Source: a virus
Reading direction: 5' to 3' (one strand)
DNA: 64,000 nucleotides
IMG/VR virus record: IMGVR_UViG_3300046779_001412
Span: 72,489-136,488 of that record
Shown piece by piece: positions 27,967 to 37,715 of the stretch. The position numbers were made by a program, and so were the translations under genes. How positions within the stretch are numbered: position 1 is the stretch's first letter; every line of letters starts with the position of its first letter. The notes under the pieces are model-generated. The model was not told the DNA's origin. It ran no database searches and saw nothing but the letters and a program-made list of their open reading frames with translations.

Positions 27967-28173
27967 TTATTTAAAGCCACCGCCAGAAACTTCAATATTA
28001 ACAACATCTGGTTCTGTGCTTTTTTGCTCAGCCAACCTCTGTAGTTGCATCAAAAGTTTAGTGATGTCTGCATGTAGATCTCGTGCATCTTGCAGTGGCA
28101 TCACAAAGTCACGGGCCGCGCGACTTTCGTGAGCTTTGAGTCGATCCACAAAGCGATTGATATGCATGCTCAT
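27967..28173 (-). CDS. hypothetical phage protein
   Basis: 68 aa, ATGA overlap. Confidence 0.65.
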   Translation of the reverse strand: MSMHINRFVDRLKAHESRAARDFVMPLQDARDLHADITKLLMQLQRLAEQKSTEPDVVNIEVSGGGFK

Positions 28174-28604
28174 TGTGCTTCCTTGTCAGTGTGAAATGGT
28201 CCGTGGTATGGATAGCGTTGCAGCGTGATTAACTTGGGATTACGTATAACTTGCCAGGTGCGATTTTGCATCACTCGATACCATCCAGCTGCATACCAAC
28301 TCTTGCTTTTGCGAGTCTTAGTAAACAGCGGTAGTTGTCGGCGCACTTCATAGATTCCATTGTATGCAGCACATCCAGTATCAAACCCGTGTACTTGATT
28401 CTGTGGTTTCTTGTTGGTCTTTACAGCAGGCTCAAAGTCAATACCTATGCGCTGTTTTATCATGCGGACATTTTTGTAATTCTCCACTTGATCTAGGATT
28501 TGTACAGTGAATCCATTGGCAGTGGCCTGTATGTTTCCTATCTTTTCATCATCTTGTTTTAAGATCCAAAACCGATCAGGTACCACTGGTTTAGCAATTA
28601 TCAT
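28170..28604 (-). CDS. hypothetical phage protein
   Basis: 144 aa, operon-contiguous. Confidence 0.65.
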   Translation of the reverse strand: MIIAKPVVPDRFWILKQDDEKIGNIQATANGFTVQILDQVENYKNVRMIKQRIGIDFEPAVKTNKKPQNQVHGFDTGCAAYNGIYEVRRQLPLFTKTRKSKSWYAAGWYRVMQNRTWQVIRNPKLITLQRYPYHGPFHTDKEAQ

Positions 28605-29598
28605 TTAATGTTCCTGTATATACTGTGTTAAGCCATTGAGCATACTGTTCTGCCTGTTCGCTGATTTTTTGCAGATCGAACTTGCCACAGAATCTCATGA
28701 ATCTCACGCCCACTTGACCTATGTCTTTGTGAGCAATTTGTTCACGTATGGCGGTGTCCACTTTGTGTTTGACATCGTCCGGTTGTGCTGTGAGATCAAT
28801 TAGTTGTCGGTTGCGATTGTAGTCATCAAGTACACGGTGCTCACTGCCGTTGTGGTCTGTCCAACGCTGCAACATTAAATTGTTCCAACTATATCCACGA
28901 GCGTGTCTATCTTCAAACGCTTCCATTAATCCTACTTTGTTTTTTGTGCCCTTGGTTCTAACGCCCGGGTAGGCAGAAAACACATTGTCTGATGCATCGC
29001 CACGCATGCATTTTTCAAACAATAACCATTCTGGGTCGGGGATACGTTTAGGTTGTTTTGTTTTTTTATCTACGACTTCGCGACCACGTGCATCAAATAT
29101 GCCTTCTAGTGTGATCAATTCATCTTGAATGCCATTGAATTGATTTACATTAGGTGCTATGAGTTGCACAAAATCAGTGTCACTGCTAACGATGGTGTGA
29201 TGATCTTGGGGATGCAGATGTATCCATCTAGCAATAATATCGTCAGCTTCTGCTTCAGGGTGTCGGACTACCGAGCAATTTGTTCCTTGCTCTAGGTATT
29301 TAGTAAAGTGATCATAGGTTTCCCAAAACACTCGATCTTCTTCGGCTTCAGCTTCGGTTAGAGCAGCTCGTGCAACTGCTCTATTTGCTTTGTATGGCTT
29401 GTAGAAATCCTTCCGCCAGCTGCGTCCTTCAAGTGCGAACAAAACATGATCTGCGTTGAATTTCTTTGCTACTTTGTTGATTGCAGCAAGAGTGATGTGC
29501 AGTGCATAGCCTACCTTTTCCTCAGTGGAACTGGCTCGATGCGCAACATGTCTAGCCCGGAAAAACATGTTGGCAGTGTCAATCAGCAGATAGTGCAT
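28591..29598 (-). CDS. rnh: T4-type RNase H / 5'-3' flap exonuclease
   Basis: LLIDTAN, WRKDFYKPYKANR, EADDII, SSDTDFVQL, GDASDNV. Confidence 0.9.
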   Translation of the reverse strand: MHYLLIDTANMFFRARHVAHRASSTEEKVGYALHITLAAINKVAKKFNADHVLFALEGRSWRKDFYKPYKANRAVARAALTEAEAEEDRVFWETYDHFTKYLEQGTNCSVVRHPEAEADDIIARWIHLHPQDHHTIVSSDTDFVQLIAPNVNQFNGIQDELITLEGIFDARGREVVDKKTKQPKRIPDPEWLLFEKCMRGDASDNVFSAYPGVRTKGTKNKVGLMEAFEDRHARGYSWNNLMLQRWTDHNGSEHRVLDDYNRNRQLIDLTAQPDDVKHKVDTAIREQIAHKDIGQVGVRFMRFCGKFDLQKISEQAEQYAQWLNTVYTGTLNDNC

Positions 29599-29605
29599 GG
29601 GTCAC

Positions 29606-30298
29606 CTAGAGTTTATGATCGTGAATATATTGTAGCACATAATTCGCCCAAAAGCAATGGGCGTCTGCTCCAAAATGCCAGCTGTCAGTATTAACAGTTT
29701 CGTAACCATTTATGCGTAGCAGGGAATCATAGGTGCCCATGCCATCATAAGGCGAGATATAATGATTTTTCCAATCCAGTCGAGACTCACCTTCAAAATG
29801 ATTGTTGCCGTTGAAAAACACATGGCGTATGCCCTGATCCTGTAGTTCGCAATGAAAATGCCAGATATCCTGATGCCATTGGCGTCTGCGCTCGTGCCAG
29901 TTCATGTCCAAGATAAAGTACCTATAGCGGTCTTGATAGGCGTCTGGCACAGTGTCTGTGCCCGATGCACCCACTTGATAGTATTCACCATTAATGATCC
30001 ATTCATCACGTTCCCAGGTACTCCATTGAATAATCAACAAAGGATCTGGCGCGGTGTTTCGAGCAAGCCATTCTCTAGTGGAGCGTAGAATTCTAAGATT
30101 ACTGCTCCCGGATTCAGCATCACAGCAGTAGTCAGACTCCAGTTGCTGTGAAATCAAATAACCAAAACTCACCTGTTGATTTACAGGATGAGAACGACGT
30201 CCTAGGGCCCAATGTGCTACATCATCTTTAGCCATGCTCCAGGGACCTGCGGCTTCAGCCGCAGCAGCATGGCTGTCACCGTTGACGTAGACTACCAT
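29606..30298 (-). CDS. SGNH-hydrolase-like hypothetical protein
   Basis: NGDSH, GSSN, DSWH; paralog of 41350-42045. Confidence 0.55.
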   Translation of the reverse strand: MVVYVNGDSHAAAAEAAGPWSMAKDDVAHWALGRRSHPVNQQVSFGYLISQQLESDYCCDAESGSSNLRILRSTREWLARNTAPDPLLIIQWSTWERDEWIINGEYYQVGASGTDTVPDAYQDRYRYFILDMNWHERRRQWHQDIWHFHCELQDQGIRHVFFNGNNHFEGESRLDWKNHYISPYDGMGTYDSLLRINGYETVNTDSWHFGADAHCFWANYVLQYIHDHKL

Positions 30299-30488
30299 AT
30301 TTCAGCTCATAAAATGAATACTGCTTTGATCCTTCTCTCACCCAGATCTGTACTCGGCTATCATTGCCACTGAAGTCCCAGTCACGGCCACGTTCGCCAA
30401 GATTGCTTCTGCACCAACGTATGTGTTCCAGGATGTTCATGTCTTTGTTGGTGATATTGAATGTGCTAGCAAAGTATTGTCTACTCAT
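30276..30488 (-). CDS. hypothetical phage protein
   Basis: 70 aa, operon-contiguous. Confidence 0.6.
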   Translation of the reverse strand: MSRQYFASTFNITNKDMNILEHIRWCRSNLGERGRDWDFSGNDSRVQIWVREGSKQYSFYELKYGSLRQR

Positions 30489-30958
30489 GACTGGAGAGCC
30501 CGTTGTGTTTCTGCATGTATCACACGCTTACGCAGACTGCTACTACTAAACGAGTGATCTCGTGCGTTGAATACAATTTCAATACCGCGCTGATAACATT
30601 CAGCATCACCTGAAAACTGTTTACCTTCGTATTCTACTCCTAGCACACGAACATTCACTGGTAGGATTAGCAATAGATCAAGAAGATCTTGTTCGGTTTG
30701 ATAAACAACAACTTCATCAACATAACGACAGGCTGCTAGTTGTATCTGCCTTTCAACAATACTTTGAATAGGGTGATTTTTAGTATGAGGACGATCAATG
30801 GTTGGATCTGTTTGTAGGCCTGCGATTAAATAGTCACAATGATTCTTGGCCTCGGCCAACATGGCCACGTGTCCGGCGTGTAACATGTCAAAGGTGCTGA
30901 AGGTGATGCCTATGCGTTTGCCTTGTTCTTTAAGCGTCTTAATATGATTAAAAATCAA
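30485..30958 (-). CDS. cytidylyltransferase (TagD-like)
   Basis: FDMLHAGH, SSSSLR. Confidence 0.88.
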   Translation of the reverse strand: MIFNHIKTLKEQGKRIGITFSTFDMLHAGHVAMLAEAKNHCDYLIAGLQTDPTIDRPHTKNHPIQSIVERQIQLAACRYVDEVVVYQTEQDLLDLLLILPVNVRVLGVEYEGKQFSGDAECYQRGIEIVFNARDHSFSSSSLRKRVIHAETQRALQS

Positions 30959-31146
30959 AAGTAATCTCCTCCCACGTTAACTGCTCGCATAACATAGTTG
31001 GCCACACGCTCGGGTTCTTCGCTCCAGATCTGCTCAGGTGTCGCGTACTCAAAAGCCTGATTGGGACTTTGCCACCACTTGTAGACTAGTTCTTTATCGC
31101 CCAGAGCACTTATCAACAGCCAATTTAATCGCTCACGTGAGATCAC
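30955..31146 (-). CDS. small protein, MbcA/ParS C-terminal-like
   Basis: WWQSPNQAFEYATP. Confidence 0.5.
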   Translation of the reverse strand: MISRERLNWLLISALGDKELVYKWWQSPNQAFEYATPEQIWSEEPERVANYVMRAVNVGGDYF

Positions 31147-31544
31147 GATACCTCGCTGCGACCATTGCCAATATCAGTGGTGCGCACGTAGATACCCGAT
31201 GCACGCATGGCCTGCTCCTGTTCCCAGGTTTCCATCACAACATTTCGGCAGATATTTTGAAACCAACGATCTACAATAATATCTTCTGGTTCATTGGGTT
31301 TCATTTGATAGCCAGCACGCACTAGATACGTTATGAATTTGTCATTCCATTCAAGTTCAAAACTGCCTGAGTTGATATCTTCAGGATTGAGATCAAAACT
31401 CACAATACCCACGTAGGCTTCGCTGCGTTCTGTTGCTAGGTCTTTGGCTGTTTTCTTTTGAATAGGCGTGGCACTCTTGATTGGCTTTTTTGCAACAACC
31501 TGAGGCTCTGGCTTGTTCCCAAAAAATTTATCAAACAGTCCCAT
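31143..31544 (-). CDS. hypothetical phage protein
   Basis: Start moved to MGLFDKFF. Confidence 0.65.
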   Translation of the reverse strand: MGLFDKFFGNKPEPQVVAKKPIKSATPIQKKTAKDLATERSEAYVGIVSFDLNPEDINSGSFELEWNDKFITYLVRAGYQMKPNEPEDIIVDRWFQNICRNVVMETWEQEQAMRASGIYVRTTDIGNGRSEVS

Positions 31545-31758
31545 GATCCTGATCCTTTTGTCTACCCCACTTGATACGTAACCATATGCGTTCATGAATA
31601 TAATAATCAATGCTGAGCAAAATGTGCAGTGCTGTGGCAAAAGTTGTAGCAGACGCTACATCTTCTGTAAACAACCATGTCCAAAAAATGGTAAACAGCC
31701 AGGCTGTGATACGATAGCTTACCATTCTAGCTATAGTTCGTTGTCGAGTTTCAGTCAT
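31531..31758 (-). CDS. small membrane protein (DUF2061-like)
   Basis: ETRQRTIARMVSYR...YYIHERIW..IKWG. Confidence 0.7.
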   Translation of the reverse strand: MTETRQRTIARMVSYRITAWLFTIFWTWLFTEDVASATTFATALHILLSIDYYIHERIWLRIKWGRQKDQDHGTV

Positions 31759-31800
31759 TTTCTTGTCTCCAGATGTTGTATAAATTTGTACAAATACTTT

Positions 31801-32667
31801 TTACGTTCCCCATGCATTACGCCATATATCTACTTGCAGTCTTGGACTATATCTCCATCCTCGATCCAATGCAAGCTTTGCCACTTGTTGTGTGTTGAGA
31901 TTATACACCTGTGGAACTCCTCCCACAGGCATTAGATACACCGGACAGTTGATGTTGTGTTTGCGATATTCAGCAACAGCACGTTCAGCATCAGCAACAT
32001 CTTCGTCTGTGGCCACTACAAATTTCAAATACACTTGTCCATACAGCTGATATTGATGAACCACTTCGGGTTGTATAGCACGTTCAAACGGCTCACCTGA
32101 ACATGGCAACTTGGGACTCACACTAAAGGTCAAGTGATCAAAGTCTCGTCCATATCTTGTGAATTCTTGAAACAGATATTCTTCTACTTCAGGATAGAGT
32201 TTTTGAGTACCATTGGTTTCAAAAGTAATATGCTGAAGTCCATTGGCACGACAGCGATCAATCAGTTCCGGATAAAGTTGTTGATACGCCAGCAGTGGTT
32301 CACCACCAGTGATAATCAAATGAGACTGATTCCAAACTTTGCCCGGCAGCAAGTCATGTATTTGGCCTGCAATAGTTTCCACATTTTCTTGTTGATTGAA
32401 ACGCTTGAACTCAGGATAGATTGATGCATAGGTATCGCACCCTGTGGTAACCAGTGGCAGATCTTCAAACTTTTGATATTGATCTAGATTTTTTAAGATT
32501 TCAACTACTTCAGGATTGTGACCTTCGATGAGTTCGTCACGTGGTCTTCCAAACTTGCGACATCTAAAGTTGCAACCGTATGTACGAAAGAAAATGCTGG
32601 GCACACCAGCATACATTCCTTCTCCTTGCAGACTGTAAAAAATTTCAGTATAGGTTATCTTTTCCAT
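31801..32667 (-). CDS. queE: 7-carboxy-7-deazaguanine synthase (radical SAM)
   Basis: EIFYSLQGEG, GCNFRC...CDT, ITGGEPLL, ETNGT, SVSPKL. Confidence 0.88.
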   Translation of the reverse strand: MEKITYTEIFYSLQGEGMYAGVPSIFFRTYGCNFRCRKFGRPRDELIEGHNPEVVEILKNLDQYQKFEDLPLVTTGCDTYASIYPEFKRFNQQENVETIAGQIHDLLPGKVWNQSHLIITGGEPLLAYQQLYPELIDRCRANGLQHITFETNGTQKLYPEVEEYLFQEFTRYGRDFDHLTFSVSPKLPCSGEPFERAIQPEVVHQYQLYGQVYLKFVVATDEDVADAERAVAEYRKHNINCPVYLMPVGGVPQVYNLNTQQVAKLALDRGWRYSPRLQVDIWRNAWGT

Positions 32668-32698
32668 GTGTAGATTATACTAGAGTTAAACCGCTGTG

Positions 32699-33265
32699 TC
32701 AAATGTTTTGTGGATCCCACCATTGTTCCCAGGGAAATACCACCCAACTAGGATCTTCGTATTTGTTAATAGTACGGGCACTGTAGTTCATAGTGACTTC
32801 GGATTCGCTGCTGATGTTATCTATCAACACAGCAAATCTAACCGATTGATTCCAAATAGCTCGCCATACGTGTGTTTCATTGGGCATACATCCTGAAGGC
32901 CAATCTTTGTGAATCCAGTTAAATGTAGCGCCACTGTCGTTGATGTCATCTACAATCAAGATTTTTTTGCGCAGAGCAGGATCAGTCACGGTGCCTGATT
33001 CACCGCGTAGATCTTGGGATAGATAACCAAATGCATCTTCAGCCATCCAAAGATTGCTTTCGGGCTCAGAACGCTCATCACGCAGGCTTACCTTGAGTGT
33101 TTCCATTGGAATATTTAGGTATTGACTGATCATGTTGGCAGGAACTAGGCCACCACGTGTTAGGCCAATTACATAGTCAGGCCTCCAGCTATCTTGATTC
33201 ATTTGTCGTAGAATTTCCAGCACCATACCTTGGACTTCTGTGTCGGATATGTGTATTTTTTTCAT
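32699..33265 (-). CDS. type I phosphoribosyltransferase
   Basis: GLTRGGLVPA, ILIVDDINDSGAT, WVVFPWE. Confidence 0.9.
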   Translation of the reverse strand: MKKIHISDTEVQGMVLEILRQMNQDSWRPDYVIGLTRGGLVPANMISQYLNIPMETLKVSLRDERSEPESNLWMAEDAFGYLSQDLRGESGTVTDPALRKKILIVDDINDSGATFNWIHKDWPSGCMPNETHVWRAIWNQSVRFAVLIDNISSESEVTMNYSARTINKYEDPSWVVFPWEQWWDPQNI

Positions 33266-34047
33266 TTTTTACGTGCCTCAATTAGTAGATGCCAACCAAG
33301 ATATTCTTTCACTGCATCACGCATAGTGTCACTCATGGCAGCGAACCAGGGTTCTAGCTCATAATGACCTTGACGGTATGCAGGTACATTATACATAAAA
33401 CAGTGATCTTGTCTAGTACGTTCTATTTCAAAATAGGGTTCTAGTATGTGATGTATTTCTTCTTTGGTAAAGGCCTCTGCATAAGGGCACTCTGCCTGCG
33501 CTTCAAATTGATCAAGGCCTTTTTGAATCATGGCATGCTTCCAGGAGTTTTTAGCATACACCATAAAACGGAACTCGCCACCAGCTGCCACTAACTTGTG
33601 AATCTCTTGGATGTGTTGAGCAATATTAGGAGAATGATGTATAACACCATAACTGTACACCAGATCAAACTCGCCAAGATCCATGTGATCAATATCTAGT
33701 AGATTAACATTGTAAAATTCACCATGAAGATCTAGTGTTGTAAAACGATCACGACAGATTTGTAAACTAGCATCACTGATATCAATACCAGTGTATTCAG
33801 CGCCATGACGTACAAACTGTTCGGCATCTGTGCCAATGCCGCAGCCAATCTCCAATACTCTCCGACCTTGCCAGAGATGAAACTGTGCGAAATCAAGTAT
33901 ATGTGGCTCTACACGATATCGACGTGCAGTGACTTCTTCAAAGTAGTCTACCGACCCCATGGGCTTTTGACTGTGCCTGATGTTACAAGGTTGTCTATCC
34001 CAGTAGGCCTGTATTTTTTCCAGTAGTGCCAAATTAGATTGTGCCAT
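33262..34047 (-). CDS. class I SAM-dependent methyltransferase
   Basis: VLEIGCGIG, GIDIS, FDLVYSYGVIHH. Confidence 0.92.
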   Translation of the reverse strand: MAQSNLALLEKIQAYWDRQPCNIRHSQKPMGSVDYFEEVTARRYRVEPHILDFAQFHLWQGRRVLEIGCGIGTDAEQFVRHGAEYTGIDISDASLQICRDRFTTLDLHGEFYNVNLLDIDHMDLGEFDLVYSYGVIHHSPNIAQHIQEIHKLVAAGGEFRFMVYAKNSWKHAMIQKGLDQFEAQAECPYAEAFTKEEIHHILEPYFEIERTRQDHCFMYNVPAYRQGHYELEPWFAAMSDTMRDAVKEYLGWHLLIEARKK

Positions 34048-34867
34048 TGATTGTTCTTGTTTGTGTCATTTGTTTGTTAATATCATTCTCTGACAGTTTT
34101 ACCCAGGGATCTTGCTTGCCTGTTTTGCAGTTTTCCCACCAGGTTTGGTCAATACCTTTGCTTCGGAGTAGTTGCGAAAGACGCTCTGCGTCATTTACTC
34201 TGCGAGTATGCCATTTGTTGCTGTGAAAGTCTTCAGGATTGTTAGGCTGATTTTCCAGTTGTGGTCTATTGTTGTATGTTTCATCGTTGTTGTTGCCGGT
34301 TAAATCAAAGCGATCATGTGTGACCCAAACCGGAATACGTTCAAAGATATCCACTAGATAGGCCATCTGACTAATCCATGCGTCGCTCAGCTGATGAGGA
34401 CTCATATATCCAAACAGATCCAACCAATCTCGTGGCACTATGGGAAAAATACTATAGGGATGCTCACGGTGAGTGTGTACTGCAAGTACCTTGAATTGGC
34501 CTTGATACTTCATGATCTCTTCATCCCAGTTCTGGCTTTCCATGATAGCATCATCATTCCAAAACATCAACCAGTTACTGTTGCTTTGTTTAGACATTTC
34601 TGTAACATATTCGTTCAGACGGATATAGCCCAAGGGCTCAAACACCATGGCAGTGAAATGAGCACCTCGTTGTCGCAGCAAGGGCTCTACTTCGGTCTGC
34701 CAATAGGTGATGCCCGTGGTATCATCTTCGTCAAGACCTATAAAAAACTGTATGCGATCAAGATTCCTTGTGCGATTTACTAGACTCATGATGCTGCGCA
34801 GTAGAGCAGTGGTTCTACCTCGAGTGGGTAACAACACCGCGATGTCGTATTTTTTGCTGTCAGTCAT
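34034..34867 (-). CDS. glycosyltransferase (GT-A/GT2-like)
   Basis: VLLPTRGR, WNDD, SDAW. Confidence 0.75.
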   Translation of the reverse strand: MTDSKKYDIAVLLPTRGRTTALLRSIMSLVNRTRNLDRIQFFIGLDEDDTTGITYWQTEVEPLLRQRGAHFTAMVFEPLGYIRLNEYVTEMSKQSNSNWLMFWNDDAIMESQNWDEEIMKYQGQFKVLAVHTHREHPYSIFPIVPRDWLDLFGYMSPHQLSDAWISQMAYLVDIFERIPVWVTHDRFDLTGNNNDETYNNRPQLENQPNNPEDFHSNKWHTRRVNDAERLSQLLRSKGIDQTWWENCKTGKQDPWVKLSENDINKQMTQTRTINGTI

Positions 34868-34884
34868 TTATTTTCCTTGCTGTG

Positions 34885-35187
34885 TTATACATACCGATCA
34901 ATAAAGATTCCGCGCACTGTGTGTCTGGCCAACAGACGCTGTTCTTTTATTGACTCATAGAACTCGTAGTTCTTAATCCATTCTGTGTCTTTTTGATAGT
35001 TGTAGTTGCGCAATAATCTACGTGTTTCATTTACTTGATTAATACGCTGTTGCTCTTGATAATTAGTGTCGCTGTTCTGCTCGGCAATGCTTTTGTTCAT
35101 GGCCGCATATCTCAAACTCCATTGGCCAACTTCTTGCAGCAGCGTGTTAGATATTCGCGCTATGGGCATGTTAGTCTGGCGTACCAC
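34885..35187 (-). CDS. hypothetical protein
   Basis: Operon-contiguous ORF. Confidence 0.55.
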   Translation of the reverse strand: MVRQTNMPIARISNTLLQEVGQWSLRYAAMNKSIAEQNSDTNYQEQQRINQVNETRRLLRNYNYQKDTEWIKNYEFYESIKEQRLLARHTVRGIFIDRYV

Positions 35188-35530
35188 CTTCGCTGCCTGA
35201 ATCTTCGGGAATCTCAGGAAGGTTGTACCGTCTTTTATACTGAGAGTCTACGCTGCCCAAAGGATCAGGTGCTGCATATTGCACATTGTGTTCAACAGGC
35301 AATCCAAATCTTTTGCGGATGGCTTGTTTATCAGCCTGGCTCCCACAGCATTGTGCACATTCTTCCACTATGTATTCAGCGAACCTTCGCGCAGTGCCAC
35401 GCCAAAGATCATTGTGATAGATACTGAAGTTTGCCTGCGCTGCTATAAAGTCAAATGTATCTGGATTGTCAGGTAACAGCACCGAATAGTAGGCACTATC
35501 AAAGTCGGGGAAATCACTTGGATTCTTCAT
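35171..35530 (-). CDS. hypothetical protein (FAxxIVxECA family)
   Basis: Motif shared with 35833-36027 and 36020-36223. Confidence 0.6.
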   Translation of the reverse strand: MKNPSDFPDFDSAYYSVLLPDNPDTFDFIAAQANFSIYHNDLWRGTARRFAEYIVEECAQCCGSQADKQAIRKRFGLPVEHNVQYAAPDPLGSVDSQYKRRYNLPEIPEDSGSEGGTPD

Positions 35531-35534
35531 ATCA

Positions 35535-35828
35535 TTAAATATTTCCGTATTTGAGTAAGAAAAGACTACGGTGTTTTTCTGAATAAAAGTCTAACATTAC
35601 TGCTACTACCAGCACGTCTTTGTCATAATCAAACTGTTGATGTTCTCTCACTGTAAAGCCTAGAACTTTTTTCATGTTGCTCCGGATCAAATACACACTG
35701 GGAGGATGATCTCTTTTGATCTTTTGCCAAATGGGGTGCCAATCCCGATATGTGTAAACAATAGGCTTCACTGGTAATGTTCCATAATTTCTCGCCAATA
35801 GTTGCGTTGTGCCCAATGAACTACGCAC
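35535..35828 (-). CDS. hypothetical phage protein
   Basis: Ends FLLKYG like other small phage ORFs. Confidence 0.55.
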   Translation of the reverse strand: MRSSLGTTQLLARNYGTLPVKPIVYTYRDWHPIWQKIKRDHPPSVYLIRSNMKKVLGFTVREHQQFDYDKDVLVVAVMLDFYSEKHRSLFLLKYGNI

Positions 35829-35832
35829 ATGA

Positions 35833-36027
35833 TTATTTTAATCCAAAATGTTTGAGTATACACTCATAGGGATCATGATCTTCACGCAAGGCAATGTTTG
35901 CACATTCACGCACAATTGACTCTGCGAATATTCTATTGTACTCGGCTATCCACATATCAGGATCAAGTACACCACGAGGTACAGAGTTTTTGGCTTGATC
36001 TGCCAGTTGGCTCACAAGTTCATTCAT
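35833..36027 (-). CDS. small protein (FAxxIVxECA family)
   Basis: MNELVSQLADQ...ILKHFG. Confidence 0.65.
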   Translation of the reverse strand: MNELVSQLADQAKNSVPRGVLDPDMWIAEYNRIFAESIVRECANIALREDHDPYECILKHFGLK

Positions 36028-36223
36028 AAAATCCAAAGTGTTTGAGAATTGTTTTGTCAATCCTGCGCTGATAATGTTCGTCGGTATAAACAAGTTTGAA
36101 TTGGTCAGCACATTCTTTCACAATCAACTGGGCGAACTTTTCTTTGTCAAATGTATAAGTCTTGTTGTCCCACGAACCGTAATCTTCGCATTGATCGGCA
36201 AGTTGTTTAATTCGTTCGTTCAT
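36020..36223 (-). CDS. small protein (FAxxIVxECA family)
   Basis: MNERIKQLADQ...ILKHFG. Confidence 0.65.
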   Translation of the reverse strand: MNERIKQLADQCEDYGSWDNKTYTFDKEKFAQLIVKECADQFKLVYTDEHYQRRIDKTILKHFGFYE

Positions 36224-36717
36224 GCAAATAGATCCTCATCCCATTCACGGTGTCCTTCGCGGAACGCCATGTTAGATTGGGTTTCGCGTACCTCTACACG
36301 ATAACACCAAAGTCTTTCAGCTTCACTAGGTCCCCACATATCAGGAATATACACGCCATTGACATATTTGTAAAGCATATCGGCTAGACCTTCACACCCC
36401 AATCTTGGAAGAATAGTAAGTTTGGCCATATTCCGCTCTTGTAGCATCTTGAATGTCTCTAATTCAGGATCATCCTGTGCTACTAGCAAAGTATGATCAA
36501 ACTGATCTTCCAATATTGCTTTTAATTCTTTTAATCCACCGTAGTCGGCAGCCCAGTTACGAACGTCTAACTGGTCAGTGCCAAAGTAGAACTTCATACT
36601 AAATGCATAGCCATGTATTAAATTACAGTGACTATCCGCCCTCCATTGCCTATATGCGCAGGGAAAAGCATGGTGATACTCTTTGGTGCTGGTATATTTG
36701 TATGTAACAGGTTGCAT
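36220..36717 (-). CDS. queD: 6-carboxytetrahydropterin synthase (QueD/PTPS)
   Basis: CNLIHGY, DYGGLK, FDHTLL, VEVRET; start moved to MQPVTYK. Confidence 0.85.
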   Translation of the reverse strand: MQPVTYKYTSTKEYHHAFPCAYRQWRADSHCNLIHGYAFSMKFYFGTDQLDVRNWAADYGGLKELKAILEDQFDHTLLVAQDDPELETFKMLQERNMAKLTILPRLGCEGLADMLYKYVNGVYIPDMWGPSEAERLWCYRVEVRETQSNMAFREGHREWDEDLFA

Positions 36718-36799
36718 TGATTTTTTCCTATAAGTTAATATAGGCCTGCAGAATTTGTAAAGCGGGATGAAGAGCCAGGAAGGCCGCTGTGATTGATAT

Positions 36800-37117
36800 T
36801 TAGTCTTGTGAAAAGTCGAACTCGTCCTTAAATTGTTCTTCACCAAACCATGATGAAAATTGCTCGCTGAAGTCTTCATCTAGGTTAAGCCAATGAATAA
36901 TATCAACTTGATCTTCTTCTGACAACTCATGATACAGATCTCTGAAGTGTTGGGACTGTTCCTCGCTGGCTTCTTCTCGTTTTTCTTCAGCAGCGATCCA
37001 GTTATCCTCTTCTTCAGAGTCTCCTAGTTCATCTGCTTCAGCCCACAGACCCCATGCCAGTTGGTGAGCTTCTTCGTTGAGATTTTCAGTTAATGTCCAA
37101 GCTTCTTCTAGTGTCAT
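36800..37117 (-). CDS. acidic hypothetical protein
   Basis: 105 aa, Glu/Asp-rich. Confidence 0.6.
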   Translation of the reverse strand: MTLEEAWTLTENLNEEAHQLAWGLWAEADELGDSEEEDNWIAAEEKREEASEEQSQHFRDLYHELSEEDQVDIIHWLNLDEDFSEQFSSWFGEEQFKDEFDFSQD

Positions 37118-37701
37118 TTTGATTCCTTGTCAACTGTGTCAGGGAAAGGCCATGTTGGATCCACAGGATTTATTTTAGATAGTTCATCCAAAGTGATTTC
37201 TTCGTCCTGGGCTTCTTGGAAGTCAACAACATTACCTTGATCGTCGGCACAGATAATCTTGACTTTGTTGCCATGTTCGTCTTCAATAAGGATAGGACCC
37301 CAGACCCAGGCCTCGCATTCGTTTTGATTCCAGCCTTCTTCTTCCTCTAACACTTCATAAACACTGGATTCACCAAATCGTTCTAACAGTGCTTCCTGCT
37401 CGTCCTCGTCCATATCTTCGGGAAAGTCAAAATCTTCCCAACAACCATCGTCCATGCTTTCGAGTTCGCTGTTCACAATATTGTTTGTACAGCAGTCATA
37501 CATGTTGATACTATCGGTTTTGCTATCGCCCCCGGGAACCTGTGTAAATTCAAACTCTGGCGGATTGCTATCATCTGTTTCTACATAAAAACTACTCCAG
37601 CGAAAACCAGTTTTGCGAACAATGTTTTTCCCATCCTTGCTGTAGTATTCATGTTCTTCGCAGCATTTTTTGTAATAAGTTGAAACTTTCCAATTAGCCA
37701 T
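37114..37701 (-). CDS. acidic hypothetical protein
   Basis: Start moved to MANWKV; resembles 47840-48292. Confidence 0.65.
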   Translation of the reverse strand: MANWKVSTYYKKCCEEHEYYSKDGKNIVRKTGFRWSSFYVETDDSNPPEFEFTQVPGGDSKTDSINMYDCCTNNIVNSELESMDDGCWEDFDFPEDMDEDEQEALLERFGESSVYEVLEEEEGWNQNECEAWVWGPILIEDEHGNKVKIICADDQGNVVDFQEAQDEEITLDELSKINPVDPTWPFPDTVDKESK

Positions 37702-37715
37702 GTTGTTTTTCCTTG

